Assembly: GCA_965198005.1 (NCBI GenBank)
Contig: CBDAOI010000003.1
Span: 992,001-1,056,000 of the forward strand
DNA: 64,000 bases
Source of the DNA: Spirochaetia bacterium
GTDB taxonomy: Bacteria; Spirochaetota; Spirochaetia; SZUA-6; Bin103
Reading direction: 5' to 3'
Shown one piece after another: positions 58,654 through 64,000 of the stretch. Below the pieces are notes generated by a model, which had not been told where the DNA came from, ran no database searches, and saw only the letters and a program-made list of their open reading frames with translations. Made by a program: the position numbers and the translations under genes. Within the stretch, counting starts at the first letter, position 1. The number at the start of each line of letters is the position of its first letter.

Positions 58654-60906
58654 TTATGCCTCCACACGCCTCTCGGGTATCGTGGACGCCGGAAGGGCCT
58701 CTGTTTCGTCGAATCGCTTGCGAACGTCAGCAGCAACCTCGAGCATTTCGGCAGGCGCGCGCACCGTCTCGCCGTCACGCTGACGCAGGGCAATGGCTAG
58801 CGGTGCTACACTCGCGGTCTTCTGCGGATCGCTCCGTAGGACCTCGACGATCTCGCGCTCCGGAACGCCGGCGCTGACCAGCACGGCCACAGCCTCAATC
58901 AGCTCGGGTATCATCGTTTCGTTCTCAGGAGTAAAAGCGGCATACAACGAGCAAAACGCGTCAACGGCTGCCGTGCGCCTCCCTTGTGACAATATCGCAC
59001 ACATCCGGACGTACCGCGCTTTCCAGTCGAAAGATATACGGATGTCCTGGTCGACGGCCTGGCGCCGGCTCTCGAGTTGGTTTGCTGTCAGCAGAGCTTC
59101 GGCGGCGCGGTCAATCCTGACCTGCGTCATGCCCTTGTGAAACAGAGCCGTGGCAATTTGCACCCGCAACTCCGGCGTATCGCTTGATCCGAAACGATCG
59201 ACGATAGCATTACTGGTCTCGATCGACGTACTTGCGTCCCCCATCAATGCGTGAGAGGTACTCTTGTTGTTCATGGCCCGAGCCACCAATACGCGCGGCT
59301 CCGGATCGGCGCTGTGCCCGTAGTGCCTCATCACCGCTTCAGCGGCTGCAATCGCCTCAGGATGGCGGCCAAGCTTGCCCAACGAGGCGCTCTTCTGTAG
59401 TAGTGCACCTGCGACATGCACTTGAATGGCCGCCTCCTTGCAGGCACCAAAGCGCTCCACCACCTCTTCGGATGTCCTGATTGCAGCTTCGGGATTGCCG
59501 AGTCGATCTTGCATCGCGGCCTTATATGCTAACGATTGCGCGGCCCACGCCTGTAGCTCAGCCTCGTCACTCTCCCGGTAGCGCTGTTCGACGTTCTCGA
59601 AGGTCGTAATCGCCGCCGCAAACCAGCCAAGCTCCGCTTGCTCGACTCCCTTGTTGATCAATGTCCGAGCAACTCTGCTCTGGAAATCAAGTGCCTCCAG
59701 TTCCAGCGTGCCGAATAACTTGAGGATTTCCCTTTCGGTATAGAAGACCGCCATGAAGCGCACCAGATTCTGTACAACGGCCGCTTGGTCACGTTCTCGG
59801 CGCAATTGGTAGTAAATGCAGTATAGGGGTTCCGTCACTCTGTACAGCCGCTTCCTGCCACTCCCGTCCCAGATCACCGCGCCACGCTCGACGAGGCGCC
59901 CGAGCATGGTCGACACGGTACGTACGTCCATCCGCGCGCGCCCGGCGATCTCCCCCGTGCTCGACGACTGCCAGAGGTCAGCGATGGCCAGAAAAACGCG
60001 GCATTCGGTTTTGGGGAGAGCTTCCTGGTAGCCACGGAAGGTATCCGTGAGATCGTCGATCAGTTGCACCAACTCTTCCATCAACTGGCGCAGGGTACGA
60101 TGGCGCGCGAATCCGGCGACAATGACCACGAAACGGGGCGAGCCTCCGGTCAGAATTTCAAGCGCCCTCTGCTGGCGTTCGCTCGGCGCCTCACCGCTGA
60201 AGACCTTCCACAGGAGACCGCACTGCGCGGCATCCAACGGTGCGAGAGAGATGATTCTGAACAGTTCGAAAAACGGTTGCCGGGCGTCGTCCAGCCCCTC
60301 GAAGCGGCTGGTCGCGGTGGCGACCAGGATGATCTGCGGCTCCGTCTGCAGCGTCTTGCGCAGCTTCCAACCGAAATCCTCGTCCACGTTCGCGCACATC
60401 GCTTGCAGGTTTTCCACCATGAGGACGAGGCGTCTTCCAAGAGTGTCGGCCGCCTCCAGGACTGCGACTCTGGCACGTTCGTCGAGCTCTCGCTCGCGCC
60501 AACGGGTAGTGAGGTCGGCCCGCGTCTCCCGCAGGTTACGCGCGAGTTCTGAGTCCTGCTCGTCGACTGCCAGGGCCAGATAAAAAAGAACCTCCAGCCA
60601 GAAATCCGCGGCGCTGAACACCTCGTCGCTCTCCTCCATGAAGCGGACCGGCAGCAGGCGCGATGCAAGCTCTGAGTCGGCGCGCAGTTCGGCGGCGACG
60701 CGGGCCAGGAGCATGGTCTTCCCCCTGCCCCTGGGGGCGACGATCAGTGTGTGCTGGCAGGAGTCGGCATCGATGTTCTCGCGGAGAATCTCGAGCCCGG
60801 TGGCGAGTTCATGCTCTCTAACGACGAACTGCTCCCTTATCTCTTCGTCAGACTGGAGCATTCCGGGATTGCGCTTGCGAATGGTCGGCCCCTGCGATGC
60901 GCTCAT
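58654..60906 (-). CDS. STAND-like NTPase with winged-HTH and TPR repeats
   Basis: True start MSASQ (60906); Walker A APRGRGKT, Walker B LMVENL, LTGGSPR, wHTH STGEIAGRARMDVRTVSTMLGRLVERG, repeated VAxALxxK TPR helices. Confidence 0.85.
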   Translation of the reverse strand: MSASQGPTIRKRNPGMLQSDEEIREQFVVREHELATGLEILRENIDADSCQHTLIVAPRGRGKTMLLARVAAELRADSELASRLLPVRFMEESDEVFSAADFWLEVLFYLALAVDEQDSELARNLRETRADLTTRWRERELDERARVAVLEAADTLGRRLVLMVENLQAMCANVDEDFGWKLRKTLQTEPQIILVATATSRFEGLDDARQPFFELFRIISLAPLDAAQCGLLWKVFSGEAPSERQQRALEILTGGSPRFVVIVAGFARHRTLRQLMEELVQLIDDLTDTFRGYQEALPKTECRVFLAIADLWQSSSTGEIAGRARMDVRTVSTMLGRLVERGAVIWDGSGRKRLYRVTEPLYCIYYQLRRERDQAAVVQNLVRFMAVFYTEREILKLFGTLELEALDFQSRVARTLINKGVEQAELGWFAAAITTFENVEQRYRESDEAELQAWAAQSLAYKAAMQDRLGNPEAAIRTSEEVVERFGACKEAAIQVHVAGALLQKSASLGKLGRHPEAIAAAEAVMRHYGHSADPEPRVLVARAMNNKSTSHALMGDASTSIETSNAIVDRFGSSDTPELRVQIATALFHKGMTQVRIDRAAEALLTANQLESRRQAVDQDIRISFDWKARYVRMCAILSQGRRTAAVDAFCSLYAAFTPENETMIPELIEAVAVLVSAGVPEREIVEVLRSDPQKTASVAPLAIALRQRDGETVRAPAEMLEVAADVRKRFDETEALPASTIPERRVEA

Positions 60907-62152
60907 AGAACCGGCCCCCCCGCGGCACCCCGCGAGCGGTTGGCAATAGGAACGTGGTGATTGCGGAAGCGCGCCGCCCACCAGTCCTTCAGCAGGTGCA
61001 ACCGGAAGCGATAGGTACCGTCGCGTACTTCGAGATAGCCGTCGTGTTCCAGTACGTCCAGGACCTCGGTAATGCGGCCGTGTGCGTCGGACATCACACG
61101 CGAGTAGAGCGCGCCGAGACGGGTGCGGGTGCCAGGCGTGAACGCTCCTTGCGTGGCGGCCTCCGCAAGTATCTCCATGGCGATGGAGCGGCTTCCCTCG
61201 TCGAGTCCGTCTCGGAGCCGGGTCTCGTAGTGGGCGAGGTCGTTCTGGCCGGAGGGGCCGAGCAGCCCGGTGCGGTAGACCCTGTCGACGTCGGCCACGG
61301 TCACGCGGTCGCGGTTCTCCATCACGGAAGAATCGCGCAACCTTGCGAAGAACGACTGTACGTGATGCGGGATACCGATTCCGAGCGCATCGTATACCGC
61401 CGCGGCGACGCCATCCTCTACCGACAGTGAGGCGCTGTTCGCGAGCTGGTCGAAACAAGCCACACTCGCTTCGCGATTCCACGGGCCCAGACGAAAGGGC
61501 TCAAGGTAGTTGATACGATCAGGGATTCCGAGCCGCTGCACCAGCGGCATGAGTCCGATGCTGCCGGACACGATGAGGGTCGGGGAGTCACCGCCAAGAC
61601 GCTGAAACACGCCGCGCAGCCAGCTCAGGAACGCCTCGACCCGGGTAGCGCCATCCTCCGCGCGCAGCATCCGCTTGAGAAAGATCGGGAGTTCGTCGAT
61701 CACCAGAAGAACCCGCCTGTCGTGTTCCGCGCAGCTTTGGAGCAGCCGCTCGCCGTGGTCTCGCCAGTTTCCGGGGTCCAATCCAGCACGGATCTTCAAG
61801 CGAAAGCCGCTCACGCCGATCTCCTCGACGACTCCGAATGCGCGTGCGCTACACTCGCGATACCGCCGAGTCGCGACACGACTGGACGAACCGGGTAGGC
61901 AGCCCGCGCGATGTCGGCGATCACGTCCTCAGGGCAGGTCGCGTCCTCGACATCGGTGAAGAGCGTGACCCATCCGCCGGACCGCGTGAGCCGTCGGCCG
62001 AGTTCCCGCGTGATGCTGGTCTTGCCCATGCGCCGCTGGCCGGTCAGCAGCACGTGGTTGCCGTCGCGTACCCGTCTTTCCAGAATGCGAAGCTCAGGTG
62101 TGCGGTCGAAGAAGTCGTCGCCGCTGACCCAGCCGCCGGTCGCCGATCTCAT
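60903..62152 (-). CDS. ATP-binding protein (archaeal-ATPase/STAND-like) with C-terminal wHTH; frameshift near 61845
   Basis: VSGDDFFDRTPEL, Walker A TGQRRMGKTS, Walker B LVIDELP, IVSGSIG, GIPHHVQ, LDVLEHDGYL..YRFRLHLLKDWW; ATGA overlap with the next gene. Confidence 0.85.
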
Positions 62153-62182
62153 GTAGAAGCCCCCGTTCGAGTGAGTTGCCGA

Positions 62183-62232
62183 ACAATACACATACAACCC
62201 GAATGGTGTCAACGGAAATGTTGACACCATTC
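62183..62232 (-). promoter_or_regulatory. Promoter with perfect 13-bp inverted repeat operator
   Basis: GAATGGTGTCAAC (62201-13) GGAAAT GTTGACACCATTC (62220-32); minus-strand TTGACA (62212-07), 18 bp, TATTGT (62188-83). Confidence 0.75.
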
Positions 62233-62310
62233 TCGTTGACGTGGTCGCGAATGACGCACGGAGCGCGGTACCGGCACGAGACCGCGCATGGCGCGCAGGT
62301 ATGGCGCCCC

Positions 62311-62382
62311 CAGTATGGACGCTGGATATCAGGCGTCGTTCAAGGTGACCTCGGGGAGTCCCTGATCACCGGCTTAGCGGTC
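62311..62382 (+). pseudogene. dppB micro-fragment
   Basis: QYGRWISGVVQGDLGESLITGLAV. Confidence 0.6.
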
Positions 62383-62576
62383 GCCGACACTCCTCGGCGA
62401 GCTCCTCTGGCGGATAGTCGACCGCGGATACACCTGCGTCACCGAGCAGAGCGATGAATTCCTCTGCGTGCATCGCGGCCAGTCTTGCGGCTTGAACCAG
62501 GGTCAGGTGGCGCAATCCATTCGCAGCTCCGTGTGTGCCCGCGAAGCACCCACGAGGTGGTCATGGCACGCCGCTA

Positions 62577-63632
62577 TCAGGCGCGGCGCGGGTGAACCTT
62601 GGCCACGGCGAGCAGCGACTCCACGCAGTCCCGCAGCGACTCGTCGAACGGGCGGAAGCGTACGCCGGTCACCGCGCGGATGCGGTCGTTGCGCAGGTCG
62701 CAGCGGGCCCAGATCGCCCGCAGCTCCGCCTCCCGCGCCTTGATTTCCGCGGGGTGCCGGTCGTCGAGCACCGGTTCGGCGAGCCCGAGTTCGGGCAGCA
62801 GGTCGCGTATGCGGCGGCTGATCGCCTCGACGTTGTGGCACTCCGCCGACCACGCGAGGTAGCGTTCGCCGCTGCGTACCTGCAGGCTCTCGAGCAGGCG
62901 GACGTGGCACTCGGCGTCGTCGCGCACGTCGACCGGCATCCACGGCCGATAGGATCCGCTCTGCGGATACTTGCCGAGCAGCATCAGCTCGACGTGGTGC
63001 TGCCACGGCCCCATGTCCTTCTGGTGCGCGGACTGGATCGGCCCCATGTTGTCGGAGGGCAGGCACGCGATCGCCTCCCAGCGGCCGCTACGCGCCGCGG
63101 CCTGCGCGAAGGAGCGCTCGGCGATCAGCTTGCCCATCGCGTAGCCGTGCCGCCCCGGATCATCCCAGTCCGGGTGGGTCTCGTTGGGATAGCGGTCCTC
63201 GTAGAGCACCGGCCGGCGCGCCCGCTCCTCGGGAGCCGCCTCGGTCAGCACCGTGGCCAGGCTGGAGGTCACGACCACCCGGCCCACGGTCTCGGATCGG
63301 TCGATGCTGGCGATGGTGTGATCGCAGACCATGCGCACGTAGTCCAGGTCGTGGTACCGGCTGACGTGCGACACGTGGCACACGCCGTGGCAGCCGGCGA
63401 ACGGTTGGTCGAAGCAGCCGGGGCGGTCCAGGTCGGCGCTGTGGATGGTGAGCCTGCCGGAGGCATGGCCCGGCAGCCGGCGCAGGAACGCGGTGCGCTC
63501 GTCGTCTTCGGCGTCGCGCACGCAGGCGCGCACGCGGTATCCCTTGTCCAGCAGGCGGCGCACCACCCAGCCGCCGATGAATCCGGCGCTGCCGGTCACG
63601 GCAACGGTTCCACCCCTCGGTATCGCACTCAT
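62577..63632 (-). CDS. NAD-dependent epimerase/dehydratase (dihydroflavonol-reductase-like extended SDR)
   Basis: VAVTGSAGFIGG, RVVVTSS, YAMGK (YxxxK). Confidence 0.9.
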   Translation of the reverse strand: MSAIPRGGTVAVTGSAGFIGGWVVRRLLDKGYRVRACVRDAEDDERTAFLRRLPGHASGRLTIHSADLDRPGCFDQPFAGCHGVCHVSHVSRYHDLDYVRMVCDHTIASIDRSETVGRVVVTSSLATVLTEAAPEERARRPVLYEDRYPNETHPDWDDPGRHGYAMGKLIAERSFAQAAARSGRWEAIACLPSDNMGPIQSAHQKDMGPWQHHVELMLLGKYPQSGSYRPWMPVDVRDDAECHVRLLESLQVRSGERYLAWSAECHNVEAISRRIRDLLPELGLAEPVLDDRHPAEIKAREAELRAIWARCDLRNDRIRAVTGVRFRPFDESLRDCVESLLAVAKVHPRRA

Positions 63633-63719
63633 GCGGGTAGTGATAGCACGCGCGGCGGCGGCCGTCCAGCGGTCGCCAGCGCGCCCAGCGCGTCCAGCGC
63701 GTCGCAGCGCGTCAAGGTG

Positions 63720-64000
63720 TCAGGGCGTCGGGGTAGTACGTCCAGTACGCGCGGCCTCGACCGCGTCCGTCACCTCGGCGCGCTTGGCGCTGCTCTCGGC
63801 TGCGTTGCGGCCGCAGATCTGGCCGCCGTCGATCACGATGTCCTGACCGGTCACGAAGCCGGCGTCGTCGCTCGCCAGGTAGAGCGCGCCCTTGGCGATG
63901 TCGTCGGGGAAGCCCGAGCGGGTCAGGGCGACGCGGCGTTCCAGGACCTCGGCCAGGGCCGCCAGACTGCGCTCGGTGGCCGCGGCATCAAGGCCGCCGC
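63720..64000 (-). CDS. SDR-family oxidoreductase, 3' part; runs off the window edge
   Basis: RSGFPDDIAKGALYLASDDAGFVTGQDIVIDGG. Confidence 0.85.
   Translation of the reverse strand, partial: GGLDAAATERSLAALAEVLERRVALTRSGFPDDIAKGALYLASDDAGFVTGQDIVIDGGQICGRNAAESSAKRAEVTDAVEAARTGRTTPTP

Noticed and set aside
1-64000. tRNA, rRNA, integron integrase/attC, retron or DGR reverse transcriptase
   Set aside because: No such motifs recognised by eye; a covariance-model search (tRNAscan-SE, Infernal) would be needed to exclude small RNAs.

Overview
High-GC bacterial DNA. The expanded family-5 ABC solute-binding proteins (SBPs) with 'TATGLWAGGADEE'-type N-termini and an LA_3696/DUF1640-like gene tentatively suggest a spirochaete such as a sponge-type Spirochaetaceae symbiont; this is inference only. 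Contents: (i) a translationally coupled type I R-M operon (hsdM - ABC-ATPase/TOPRIM gene - hsdS - DUF433 - DUF5615 PIN); (ii) at least eight toxin-antitoxin-like modules; (iii) many paralogous Dpp/Opp-type ABC transporter genes, with one intact SBP-dppB-dppC operon and many fragments; (iv) an acyl-CoA catabolic cluster; (v) a DRB0094-type RNA ligase; (vi) an ArsP-like permease fused to an FG-GAP/ASPIC-UnbV domain; (vii) IS1595, IS481 and two IS21 remnants around a broken SNF2 helicase; (viii) a coupled pair of STAND-like NTPases behind a perfect 13-bp palindrome. Major caveat: the window has many abrupt gene-to-gene junctions, internal deletions, an in-place inversion, single-base frameshifts and near-identical duplicated snippets. 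Much of it may be a chimeric or collapsed-repeat consensus, so only tightly coupled operons (overlapping stop/start codons) are trustworthy as gene neighbourhoods. No rRNA, tRNA or CRISPR array was recognised. The best candidates for undescribed systems are the ATPase-TOPRIM guard-like gene inside the R-M operon and the paired NTPase locus.
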